The notes: generated from the letters alone by a model not told the origin. Positions 43,601 to 51,529 are shown, counted from the stretch's first letter. The stretch is DNA of 64,000 bases from an uncultured Candidatus Kuenenia sp. (GCA_964453165.1 CAYVNX010000001.1:27284-91283); one strand, 5' to 3'. Program-made: numbers and translations.

Positions 43601-44682
43601 ACCTCCATCGGATCGTATTCGATGGCAACCAGGCAGCTGATCCGGCCCTCAATCCGTTGCTGACGGAGATGCTTGCTTCGGGCACGGTGGGTGGTCGCGA
43701 TCTGGTCGCGCCCCTGGCCTGGCTGGGTGATGCGATCGCGATCAAGGATCCGACGGCGGCGATCTTCCGCCGCCAGGCGGGGGCCAATTTGCTGATCGTG
43801 GGGCAGCGGGAGGACCTCGGCACGAGCCTGTTGGCCCTGTCGATCGTGAGCCTCGCGGCCGAGCACGATCCCCATCCTGGCGGCGGACTCGGCAAGGCCG
43901 CCCGGTTCGTGGTGCTCGAGCCGGCGATCGCCGAGGAGAAGCCCGACCTGATGCTCGCGAATCTGGCCAGCCACCTGCCCCATGAGATGGAGCTCGCCGG
44001 GCGGCTGGGAGTGACCGAGGCGATGGCAGCCCTGGCCGCGGAGGTGAAGCGGCGGCTCGATGAGCAGGTGCTCGACGGCGAGTCGGTCTACCTCGTGATC
44101 CGTGACCTGGGCCGGTTCCGCGAGCTGCGGAAGTCGGAAGGGGATTTCGGCTTCGGCGGTTTCGGCGGCGAAGAGAAGAAGGCCTCGCCGGCCGACAACC
44201 TCCTGAGCGTGCTCCGCGACGGGCCGACGGTGGGCATCCATGTGATCTGCTGGTGCGACTCGCTCATGAACCTCCAGCGGACATTCGACCGCAACGCGAT
44301 CAAGGAGTTCGAACTCCGGGTGCTCTTCCAGATGAGCAGCAACGACTCCAGCACGCTGATCGACAACCCGGCCGCCGGCAAACTCGGCCCGCAGCGCGGG
44401 CTCTTCGTGCACGAGGAGACGGGCACGGTGGAGAAGTTCCGCCCCTACTCGTTTCCCTCGCCCGAGTGGCTCACCACGATCGCGGCCCAGATGCGCGCGC
44501 GGCCCCAGGGCACTCCGGTCGAGCGTCCCCGTCCTGCGGCTGCCGCGTCCGCTCCGCCGACCGACGAGAAGAAGAGCAGCTTCTCGTTCGGCGGGGGCGG
44601 CGACTTCAATTTCACGAAACTCCTCGACGACGGCCCCGACGAGCCGCCCGCTGACGATGGCGCACGCGGATTTCTTGGTTGA
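40663..44682 (+). CDS. FtsK/SpoIIIE-family multi-P-loop ATPase (EccC/EssC-like) with coiled-coil N-terminus and no TM helix, P4
   Basis: GTG 40663 is preceded by GAGG 8 nt upstream (alternatives GTG 40588 or an internal ATG). 40663-41880 is Ala/Glu/Lys/Arg-rich coiled coil. Canonical Walker A GKTGSGKST (42880-42906) and Walker B ILLLIDEFQE (43189-43218). It is flanked by degenerate P-loop-like modules: LVIKTSAGEKETAS / RFVAVANFP / GVYVIVS at approx 42060-42540, and LLIVGQREDLGTS / VYLVIRDLGRF / GIHVICWCDS at approx 43780-44400. No hydrophobic stretch long enough for a TM helix. Confidence 0.85.
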   Translation: MSSNAPESAASPAATAEARTAYHPDVLRQQMAILRRESAARAKAEAEIAAAYEEATTAAQAAAQRSLAATREKHAAEIEATRRKHDDVKRQADEFRAAEQKKLDEFRQAKTKAIKGECAQRVEDLNETETFEQIRFKEVVKSKTPEPQQAAAALDQKLSAGLAQLREAATAATKLLASWGVKGGESAGAVAAAETKGPVEAILAARDAVLEITKAIKGDDAAKAALSGGIRGLLSGNKAEKRTELAARLTELECHLARANSLEPAARQWIAAKKEEHARRLETQFREEDAARKAALKQALAAAAAARDTALADLEAKVADGSAKLAAKVGDHLRGAEEKYPARVAALEAALAADVDRLERERAEQLAAAERTRDDALAAMTAAWRQARESTAAVYADATRLDAEAFRPWAVLADPTVPLPVDAPPGLRFGDLALSLERVPGGVSNVEELNSFGPITWSQPATVAWPVAASLVIKTSAGEKETASALIQALMLRIATGIPAGQSRFTIIDPLGLGKQFAGFMHLADHDELLVTSRIWTEPQLIEQKLADITEQMEVVIQKYLRNEYESIGAYNADAEVPEPYRFVAVANFPANFNETSARRLASIAASGPRCGVYVIVSIDPSLQMPSGFSRAELEQHATVLELKNGTFTWADPEFSKWPLAVEQAPPDDLFTTIIQRVGSAAKAAKRVVVPFDRVAPKEEDWWHGSTANEVIAPLGPAGAKKLQYLKLGKGTSQHLLIAGKTGSGKSTLMHAMITSLALQYSPNEIQFYLIDFKKGVEFKLYDHYALPHARVIAIESEREFGLSVMEQLDRELKRRGDLFRELSVQNVAGFRQTGHPDPMPRILLLIDEFQEIFVEDDKIAQDASLILDRLVRQGRAFGIHVLLGSQTLGGSYSLPRATMGQMAVRIALQCNEADSSLILSDDNTAARLLTRPGEAIYNDANGMVEGNNPFQVVFLTDEQREQYLGDLRKLADRRTDIPHLHRIVFDGNQAADPALNPLLTEMLASGTVGGRDLVAPLAWLGDAIAIKDPTAAIFRRQAGANLLIVGQREDLGTSLLALSIVSLAAEHDPHPGGGLGKAARFVVLEPAIAEEKPDLMLANLASHLPHEMELAGRLGVTEAMAALAAEVKRRLDEQVLDGESVYLVIRDLGRFRELRKSEGDFGFGGFGGEEKKASPADNLLSVLRDGPTVGIHVICWCDSLMNLQRTFDRNAIKEFELRVLFQMSSNDSSTLIDNPAAGKLGPQRGLFVHEETGTVEKFRPYSFPSPEWLTTIAAQMRARPQGTPVERPRPAAAASAPPTDEKKSSFSFGGGGDFNFTKLLDDGPDEPPADDGARGFLG

Positions 44683-44711
44683 TCATCGGGGTCGGTCTCG
44701 CCCAACGACTC

Positions 44712-44815
44712 GGTGCCACCGGACTCGCGTCCGGGGCTTGTATTCGCGGTGACTGTCGCGGCCATACCAGCCCCCGACGCAAGTCGGGGGGCTCCGCGTG
44801 GTGGCGGATCCCGCT
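44712..44815 (-). repeat. REP-like double-hairpin element, copy 2 (minus orientation)
   Basis: The reverse complement aligns with 29533-29630. Hairpins on the plus strand at 44719-44734 (ccggac-tcgc-gtccgg) and 44769-44793 (agcccccgac-gcaa-gtcggggg(g)ct, one bulged G). Read on the minus strand, the element starts approx 75 nt after the htrA stop. Confidence 0.7.
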
Positions 44816-44889
44816 TTCCCTGCCGTAGCGACGCGACGTGTGCCGCCAACGAGCCGGTGAAGTACGCCTAAGGGGCCGCGGGCGACGAG

Positions 44890-46008
44890 TCAGCGGGGGC
44901 GGCGGCCGATCTCGACGGTGAGCATCAGCGGCTTGCCTTCGCGGATGACTTCGATCGGCAGTTCGGCGCCGACCTCGGCCCGGGTGAGCATGAGCACGAG
45001 TTCGGCCGGCGACGAGATCGGCTCGTCGTCGAATCGCACGATCACGTCGCGGGGCCTGATCCCGGCGAGGTCGCCGGGAGCACCCGGCTCGGTCGCCATC
45101 ACGAGCACGCCCCGTGAGCCATCCACCGTGCCCCGGAGCGCCAGGCCGAGGTAGCCCCGCTCCACGTGGCCGAGCCGGAGGATGGCCTCCGCCACTTCCC
45201 GGGCGGTGTTGCTCGGAATGGCAAACCCGATCCCGCGGGCGTCACCGCCGGCGATCGCCGTGGTGATCCCGATGATCCGTCCGTTGACATCGATCAGCGG
45301 TCCCCCTGAGTTGCCCGGGTTGATCGCGGCGTCGGTCTGGAGGAACTCCTGGAAGGGATCGTTCACGACGCCGCGACGGCCCACACCGCTCAGGATGCCG
45401 TAGGTCAGCGTCCGATCCAGGCCGAAGGGGTTTCCGATCGCCCAGACCATCTCGCCAACTTCGACGGTATCGCTGTCGCCCCAGGCCGCTGCCGGAAGGC
45501 CCTCGGCGTCGATCTCCAGCACGGCCAGGTCGGTGCCGGCGTCGGCCCCGACGAGCCGGGCCGGAAACCGGCGGCCATCGGCCAGGGCGACGTTGATCCG
45601 ATCGGCCCGAGAGACGACGTGATAGTTCGTCAGAATCACGCCGTTGGATTCGATGATCACTCCCGAGCCGATCGACTCGTCATTGACACCGCCCGGAGGC
45701 AGGCCGTGCAGGGCCGCGATCTCGTCGGCGAAACTCCGAAGCCGGCGGTCGGCCGTGACGTTGACCACAGCCGGGCCGACCAGCCGGGCCAGCGTGGTGA
45801 AGAGCTTTGCCACCGGCGCCAGCCGCGCGCCGGCCGCGGCGTCGGCAATCGCGGCCAACTCGGCCCGCGTGCGGGCATACTGGATCCGCCCGATGAAGGA
45901 GGGCCAGGCGATCAGGCCGACGAGCACGACGAAGCCGAGAAAGAGCAAGGCTGTCCGCCAGCGTGCGGTGAAGGCCGATGCGGTCTGGTCGAAGTTCGCG
46001 TCGCTCAT
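44890..46008 (-). CDS. htrA: HtrA/DegP-family serine protease with one PDZ domain
   Basis: N-terminal TM/signal ALLFLGFVVLVGLIAW. Catalytic triad contexts TNYHVV, TDLAVLEI, GNSGGPLIDVNGRIIGI. C-terminal PDZ-like region. Confidence 0.9.
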   Translation of the reverse strand: MSDANFDQTASAFTARWRTALLFLGFVVLVGLIAWPSFIGRIQYARTRAELAAIADAAAGARLAPVAKLFTTLARLVGPAVVNVTADRRLRSFADEIAALHGLPPGGVNDESIGSGVIIESNGVILTNYHVVSRADRINVALADGRRFPARLVGADAGTDLAVLEIDAEGLPAAAWGDSDTVEVGEMVWAIGNPFGLDRTLTYGILSGVGRRGVVNDPFQEFLQTDAAINPGNSGGPLIDVNGRIIGITTAIAGGDARGIGFAIPSNTAREVAEAILRLGHVERGYLGLALRGTVDGSRGVLVMATEPGAPGDLAGIRPRDVIVRFDDEPISSPAELVLMLTRAEVGAELPIEVIREGKPLMLTVEIGRRPR

Positions 46009-47219
46009 GCCCGGACTTCTAACTCGAGGGCGAGGGTTCTCACCAGGTCGAGGGCTGCCTTCGCGGCCCGGCTGGCTGCGAGGTCGGGGCCGCCGCCGAG
46101 CACGTGCTCGAGCATGCGGCCGCCCGACGCAGTCGCGACCGCGAACCGAATTGCGGTCCTGCCATCCGCGACGGGATAGGCCGAGCCGATTCCCAGGCCG
46201 ACCGACCCGCCGAAGGACGCCCGAGCCTGCTCGGCGAGCGCGGCTGCCTCCTGCGTTCCGTCAGCAGCGGTTACGAGGCCACCGCGGAAGACCCCGGGCT
46301 GGCCCGCCGTGAACCGGCGGTGGCTTGCCTGAGCTGCCAGGCTCGTCGCCCGCCCGGCAGTGGCCGCCTCACCGATCGCCAGCGTCGCGCCGGAGGCGGC
46401 CAGGGCGGCGAGCGTCGCATCCTCCAGTTCGTCGTCTTCCTCACCGAAGACGAGTTGCCCGAGGCAGTCGCGAATCAGCACTTCGGTCGCGGCGATCTTC
46501 TCGCGACATTCGGCCTCGTTCGGGCCCCGGGCCGCAATCCGCAGCGTGATCGTGGCCTCGTGGGCCGTGATGCCGACGAGCGGATCCCGCCCGCGGCGAA
46601 TCAGATCGGGCAGCATCGCCTCGAGCGCGCTCTCGCCGGCACCGAAGCACTTGATCCGACGCTGGATGATCGTGGCCTGCTCGGGCAAGAGCCTCGCCAA
46701 CGCCGGAGCGACGGTGGCCTGCCACATCAGCTTCATCTCGGACGGCACGCCCGGGAGCGCGACGACCCGCACCGGGCGGCCGGCGACATGCAGGTCGAGG
46801 TCGATGCCGGGCGCCGTGCCGAACGGATTGGGGATTTCACGGCTGCCGGCCGGGAACAGGGCCTGGCGGAGGTTCGATTCCGGCATCGGCATCCCCCGGC
46901 GGGCGAACCGCGATTCGATCGCGGCGACGGCCTCCGACGATTGCTCCAGTGGCACGCCAGCCAGCGCGGCCAGCACGTCGCGAGTGAGGTCGTCGGCTGT
47001 CGGGCCGAGCCCGCCGGTCGCCACGACGATATCGGCCCGGCCGGCCGCGGTCCGAAACGCGGCCAGCCCCGCCTCGAGCGTGTCGGCGGCCGTGACGTGA
47101 TAGGTCACCGGTATTCCGAGCACGCCGAGCTCGGCGGAGAGCCAACGGCTGTTGGTGTCGAGCCGCTGGCCCGAAACGAGTTCGTCACCGATGGCGATAA
47201 CTTCCGCTTGTATGGACAT
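46005..47219 (-). CDS. cinA: CinA-family competence/damage-inducible protein (MoCF-binding plus nicotinamide-nucleotide amidase domains)
   Basis: Starts MSIQAEVIAIGDELVSGQRLDTNS; VVATGGLGPTADDLT. The stop overlaps the htrA start by 4 nt. The 64-aa N-terminal extension in the track is rejected. Confidence 0.85.
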   Translation of the reverse strand: MSIQAEVIAIGDELVSGQRLDTNSRWLSAELGVLGIPVTYHVTAADTLEAGLAAFRTAAGRADIVVATGGLGPTADDLTRDVLAALAGVPLEQSSEAVAAIESRFARRGMPMPESNLRQALFPAGSREIPNPFGTAPGIDLDLHVAGRPVRVVALPGVPSEMKLMWQATVAPALARLLPEQATIIQRRIKCFGAGESALEAMLPDLIRRGRDPLVGITAHEATITLRIAARGPNEAECREKIAATEVLIRDCLGQLVFGEEDDELEDATLAALAASGATLAIGEAATAGRATSLAAQASHRRFTAGQPGVFRGGLVTAADGTQEAAALAEQARASFGGSVGLGIGSAYPVADGRTAIRFAVATASGGRMLEHVLGGGPDLAASRAAKAALDLVRTLALELEVRA

Positions 47220-47330
47220 GGATTTCGCCACCGAGGGCTCACCGGAGACCCCGGCGACGCCCCATCTATAGCCTCCCTGGTCGGCCCTGCACAGCCGCAG
47301 CCCTGGCGGGCGGCGGCCTCTCCGGCGACA

Positions 47331-48515
47331 ATGGGGACGATGAAACTCGCACTGCTCGGAACGGACGATCGGATCGATCAGGTGGCTGCGGCCGCCCTGC
47401 GGGCCGGCCACGAGGTGGTCGCTGCCAGCGACCTGCCCGGAGGGAGCCGATGGCGGTCGCTGGTCCCCTGGGAGGATCTGCTCGACGCCGCTGTCTGCGA
47501 CGCCGTCTTGGTCGGCCGTGAGGGCTGGACCGAGGCCCGGGCCGAGGCGGTGCGGGCGCTCGTCCAGGCAGGCCGACCGCTGCTGGTGTCACACCCAGCG
47601 GAGCTGTCGATGCTCTGGGCTTGGGAGCTCGAAATGATCCGGCAAGACGCGGGCGGACTGCTTGTGCCGCTCTTGCCCGAGCGACTCCATCCCTTCGTGC
47701 AGCGGCTCAGAACCACGCTCGAGGCGGCGCTCGCCGGCGCCGGCCCGCTGGGGCAGGTCGAGTCGCTCGTGTTCGAGCGGCGACTCGCCGAGCGGCACCG
47801 CGATCGGGTGCTCGCATCGCTGGCCCGCGATGCCGATCTCGTGCGGGTGATCGTCGGCGAGCCAGCCCGGATCGCCGCGCTCGGGGTCGCAGCCGACGCC
47901 GAGCCATCTGCCTGGAACTCGCTGACCGTGGGGCTGACAGGGCCGACGAGTGTGCCGGTTCGCTGGCAGGTCGCCGGAGGCAACGCGGGACAGCTCGCGC
48001 TCGCCCTCCATTGCGAGCGGGGGCGAATCGAACTCGTGATTCCCGATGACTGGTCAAAACCCTGGCAGTGGACGGAATCGGACCAGCCCGGTGAACAGTG
48101 CTGGTTTGACCAGGCAGCCGCGATGCTGCCGCTCGTGTCGGGGCTGACGGAGATCAGCGCCGCGGATTCCATGACCCCGGCCCGCTGGTCCGATGCCGCG
48201 CGGGCGATCGAGGTTGCCGAGGCGGTACCACGGAGTCTCGCCAAGGGGCGGGCCATCGACCTGCACCAGGAGGAATTCAGCGAGTTGGGGACCTTCCGAG
48301 GCACGATGGCCTCGGCGGGCTGCGGACTGATCTTGCTGGCGCTCGGCCTGCTGGTGGTGGCCACCCTTGTGGGCGGCATCGCCCATGAGTTTGGCTGGGA
48401 CCAGGGGGGCCGGATTGCCGGCGTCTGGCCGGTCGTGGTGCTGGTCGCGTTGGGGGGCTTCCTGCTGCTGCAGTTGCTGCCGCTCCTGGTGACGACCGGG
48501 CGTCGGCATGAATGA
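47331..48515 (+). CDS. Hypothetical membrane-anchored protein (weak Gfo/Idh/MocA-like N-terminus, two C-terminal TM helices)
   Basis: MGTMKLALLGTDDRIDQVAAAALRAGHEVVAASD... C-terminal GCGLILLALGLLVVATLVGGI and VWPVVVLVALGGFLLLQLLPLLV. The upstream part of the 803-aa track ORF is antisense to cinA. Confidence 0.55.
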   Translation: MGTMKLALLGTDDRIDQVAAAALRAGHEVVAASDLPGGSRWRSLVPWEDLLDAAVCDAVLVGREGWTEARAEAVRALVQAGRPLLVSHPAELSMLWAWELEMIRQDAGGLLVPLLPERLHPFVQRLRTTLEAALAGAGPLGQVESLVFERRLAERHRDRVLASLARDADLVRVIVGEPARIAALGVAADAEPSAWNSLTVGLTGPTSVPVRWQVAGGNAGQLALALHCERGRIELVIPDDWSKPWQWTESDQPGEQCWFDQAAAMLPLVSGLTEISAADSMTPARWSDAARAIEVAEAVPRSLAKGRAIDLHQEEFSELGTFRGTMASAGCGLILLALGLLVVATLVGGIAHEFGWDQGGRIAGVWPVVVLVALGGFLLLQLLPLLVTTGRRHE

Positions 48516-48681
48516 TTTTGCCGCAGCCCGCACGGGCGGATTTCCCGGGTGTTTTTCTGGGAAACTCTGCCGGGGGACCTCCCCCGTGGTGGATGCTTTC
48601 CGATCAACCGCCGATCCACAACCGCATGGGGACGGGTGAGGCTGCCGCCGGGCGGCTGCCCCCGGCCTGGCCGGGGAGCGG

Positions 48682-49995
48682 GTGCCAATGCGGGACGTGC
48701 GAAGCCTGATGGCCGTCTTGGTCTGTGCCGTCGCGCTCCCCGTGGGTGGAGCCGCCTCGGAGGCCCGCCGCTCGGCGATCGTGATCGCGATCGAGAGCCA
48801 GCGGGATTCGGTCGTCAACATCCACGGCCAGAAACTCGTTCCGTCGGGCGACGACGGCGCGGGTGAGCTTCGCCGGGTCAACGGCATGGGCACCGGGGTG
48901 GTGATCGACCCCCGGGGCTACGTCGTGACGAACTTCCACGTGGTGGACGGGGTCAAGCGGATCGAAGTCACCCTGGCCAATGGTCGAACGGTCGCCGCCT
49001 CGCTCGTATCCCACGACCCGCGGACCGATCTGGCCGTCATTAAGATCGATTCGGACCAGTCGCTCCCCGTCGCCCGGATCGGCACGTCGAGCGACCTGAT
49101 GATCGGTGAGACCGTGCTGGCGCTCGGCAACGCCTACGGCTACGAGCACACGGTCACCCGGGGCATCATTTCGGCCCTCCATCGCAATGTGGAGGTCAGC
49201 CGCACGCAGCGGTACGACGACCTGATCCAGACCGACGCCAGCATCAACCCGGGCAATTCGGGTGGCCCGCTTCTCAATGTCGATGGTGAAGTGATCGGGA
49301 TCAACGTGGCGGTGCGGGCGGGCGCGCAGGGCATCGGTTTCGCGATCCCGATCGACAAGGTGCTCGATGTCGTGTCGCGGCTGCTCTCCGTGGAGAGGGT
49401 CTCCCACACCTGGCACGGGCTGGTCGTGCGCGGAGACCGTGACGGAGGGGCCGTCGTGGAAGGCGTCCACCGCCAAAGCCCGGCCGAGGGCGTCGGCATG
49501 CGAGCTGGCGACCTGATCACCCAGGTCGGTGACATGCCGGTTGGCTGCCAACTCGACCTGGAGCGGGCGCTGTTGGGCCACAAGCCGGGTGAGCGGGTGC
49601 CGGTGACTGTGGTGAGGGCCGGGGCTCAGGAGCGGATCGAGTTGCCACTGGTTGCCGTCCGCAAGGATTCGGCAAGCCTGGATGATCGGTGCTGGCGGGA
49701 GTTCGGCGTGCGGCTCGAGCCGGTGCAGGCTGCGGCCGTCCAGAAGCTCCAATCGCGGTATCGCGGCGGCCTGCTCGTGCAGGATGTTCGCGACGATGGG
49801 CCGGCGGCCGAACAGGGCATCCGCAAGGGTGACATCCTCGTCGGCCTGCATGTCTGGGAGACCATCGCCCCCGACAACATCGCCTACATCCTCGAGAAGG
49901 CTGAGCAGGAGCACCTCAATCCCATCAAGTTTTATGTGCTCAGGGGTCGGGAGACCCTGTTTGGCCACCTCGTCTCCGACACGATCCGCCGGTAG
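48682..49995 (+). CDS. Second HtrA/DegP-family serine protease with PDZ domains
   Basis: Signal-like LMAVLVCAVALPVGGAAS. TNFHVV, TDLAVIKI, GNSGGPLLNVDGEVIGI. Two PDZ-like segments. Confidence 0.85.
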   Translation: MPMRDVRSLMAVLVCAVALPVGGAASEARRSAIVIAIESQRDSVVNIHGQKLVPSGDDGAGELRRVNGMGTGVVIDPRGYVVTNFHVVDGVKRIEVTLANGRTVAASLVSHDPRTDLAVIKIDSDQSLPVARIGTSSDLMIGETVLALGNAYGYEHTVTRGIISALHRNVEVSRTQRYDDLIQTDASINPGNSGGPLLNVDGEVIGINVAVRAGAQGIGFAIPIDKVLDVVSRLLSVERVSHTWHGLVVRGDRDGGAVVEGVHRQSPAEGVGMRAGDLITQVGDMPVGCQLDLERALLGHKPGERVPVTVVRAGAQERIELPLVAVRKDSASLDDRCWREFGVRLEPVQAAAVQKLQSRYRGGLLVQDVRDDGPAAEQGIRKGDILVGLHVWETIAPDNIAYILEKAEQEHLNPIKFYVLRGRETLFGHLVSDTIRR

Positions 49996-50050
49996 ACCGC
50001 GCCGAGGTGCGAGCACGGCCAGCTCGGGCGGGATACTCAGGATTTCCTGC

Positions 50051-51007
50051 ATGACGGGTGAAGCCGAGTTCGTCACCGCCGTGCTGGCCAGCCTGCCGGC
50101 CGATCCGCGGCTCGAGGTGCCGGCTGGCGACGATGCGGCCGTGCTGCGGCCGCCCGCCGGCCGGCGTACGGTGGTGACCGTCGACATGCTGATGGAAGGG
50201 GTCGACTTCATCCTTGGTTCAGAGTGTCTTCCGGAGGCGGTCGGGCACAAGTCGTTGGCGGTGAATCTCAGCGACCTCGCCGCCATGGGCGCGAGGGCCG
50301 AGGCGGCCGTCGTGGCCGTGGCGTTGCCCCGGCGGCACGGCGGGGAACTCGGCCGTGGCATCCAGCGGGGGATCGCCGCCCTGGCCGCCGAGTTCGGGGT
50401 GGCTCTGGCCGGCGGCGACACCAACTCTTGGGATGGCCCGCTCGTGGTGAGCGTGACGGCGATCGGAAGCGTGGCCCCGGGGGCGGCCTGGCGACGCGAC
50501 GGAGCCATGGTGGGCGATCTGCTCGTTGCGACGGGGCCGTGTGGCGGCAGTCTGCTCGGGCGGCATCTCGCCGTGCGGCCAAGGTGCCGCGAAGCCGTCG
50601 CAATCGCCACCGCGTACCGAGTGCATGCGGCGATCGACGTGAGTGACGGGCTTTCGCTCGATGTGGCCCGGATGATGGCTTCCAGTAGGGTGGCGGCCCT
50701 CCTCGACCTTACCGCGATCCCGATTCATCCGGATGCGGTGCGGATGGCGGCCATGCCCGGCGACGGCCGATCTGCGATCGAGCATGCGCTTGGGGATGGC
50801 GAGGACTTCGAACTCGTGTTGGCCCTTCCCCCCGCGGAGGCCCGCCGGCTCGTGGCTGACAGCCCGATGATCACGAACGGGGAGGCATTCACGATCATCG
50901 GGGAGGTGGTTGAAGGTGAAGGGGTATTTGCCGGCACGGCCACCGGGGAACGCGTGCCGCTCGAGGTCCGAGGGTTCATCCATGCACTCGACACTCCCGA
51001 CGCCTGA
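50051..51007 (+). CDS. thiL: Thiamine-monophosphate kinase
   Basis: PAGDDAAVL, VTVDMLMEGVDF, GHKSLAVNLSDLAAMGA, LAGGDTN, AIDVSDGL. Confidence 0.85.
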   Translation: MTGEAEFVTAVLASLPADPRLEVPAGDDAAVLRPPAGRRTVVTVDMLMEGVDFILGSECLPEAVGHKSLAVNLSDLAAMGARAEAAVVAVALPRRHGGELGRGIQRGIAALAAEFGVALAGGDTNSWDGPLVVSVTAIGSVAPGAAWRRDGAMVGDLLVATGPCGGSLLGRHLAVRPRCREAVAIATAYRVHAAIDVSDGLSLDVARMMASSRVAALLDLTAIPIHPDAVRMAAMPGDGRSAIEHALGDGEDFELVLALPPAEARRLVADSPMITNGEAFTIIGEVVEGEGVFAGTATGERVPLEVRGFIHALDTPDA

Positions 51008-51500
51008 GCTCCCGCCGACGGCCGTCGTGACCGTGGCGACCGAGGCAGATCTCACGCCGCTGGCTGCGCGGCTCGTCGCCGTGCTGCCGCGGCCGATGCT
51101 GGTCGCCTTGTCGGGCGATCTCGGGGCCGGCAAGACCACGCTCGTCAAGGCTGTCGCCGCGGCCTGCGGCCTCGACCCGGCCGACGTGATCAGCCCCACC
51201 TTCGGTCTGATCCACGACTATGCCTTGCCGGAGCGGCCCGATCTGCCCGCCCGGCTCGTGCATGCCGACCTCTACCGCCTCTCCGGCAGCGACGAGCTTG
51301 CCGAGACAGGCTGGGGGGATGCGATCGCCGGCGACACCTGGACATTTCTGGAATGGCCCGAGCGGATCGCCGCGGCGTTGCCGTCTGCGCGGATCGACCT
51401 GGCCATCGAGATCGAATCAACGACGGCCCGTCGGCTCCGCTTCACCGGCCACGGGCCAGCTGCCGGCAAGGCGGTCCGTATGCTGGAGCCGGGGGGCTGA
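50982..51500 (+). CDS. tsaE: tRNA t6A37 biosynthesis ATPase TsaE
   Basis: P-loop LSGDLGAGKTTLVKA, SPTFGLIHDY, HADLYRL, EWPE. The start overlaps the thiL end by 26 nt. Confidence 0.85.
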   Translation: MHSTLPTPELPPTAVVTVATEADLTPLAARLVAVLPRPMLVALSGDLGAGKTTLVKAVAAACGLDPADVISPTFGLIHDYALPERPDLPARLVHADLYRLSGSDELAETGWGDAIAGDTWTFLEWPERIAAALPSARIDLAIEIESTTARRLRFTGHGPAAGKAVRMLEPGG

Positions 51501-51529
51501 CACAACCGGCTTCTGCTAACCTTCCCGCC

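Noticed and set aside
41428-44412. 994-aa minus-strand ORF antisense to the FtsK/SpoIIIE-like gene, plus 40728..41645 and 40435..41427 minus.
   Set aside because: Arg/Gly/Pro/Leu-rich mirror-image translations. The plus strand carries canonical Walker A/B motifs and a coiled coil.
40663-44682. Annotating the large ATPase as the housekeeping DNA translocase FtsK.
   Set aside because: There are no N-terminal membrane helices and no recognisable C-terminal gamma/winged-helix domain. There are three tandem P-loop-like modules instead of one motor domain, and the gene is embedded with WXG100-like small genes.
46104-47330. N-terminal 409 aa of the 803-aa plus-strand track ORF.
   Set aside because: This part is antisense to the well-supported cinA gene and is Arg/Gly/Pro-rich. 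Coding-like sequence starts at ATG 47331.
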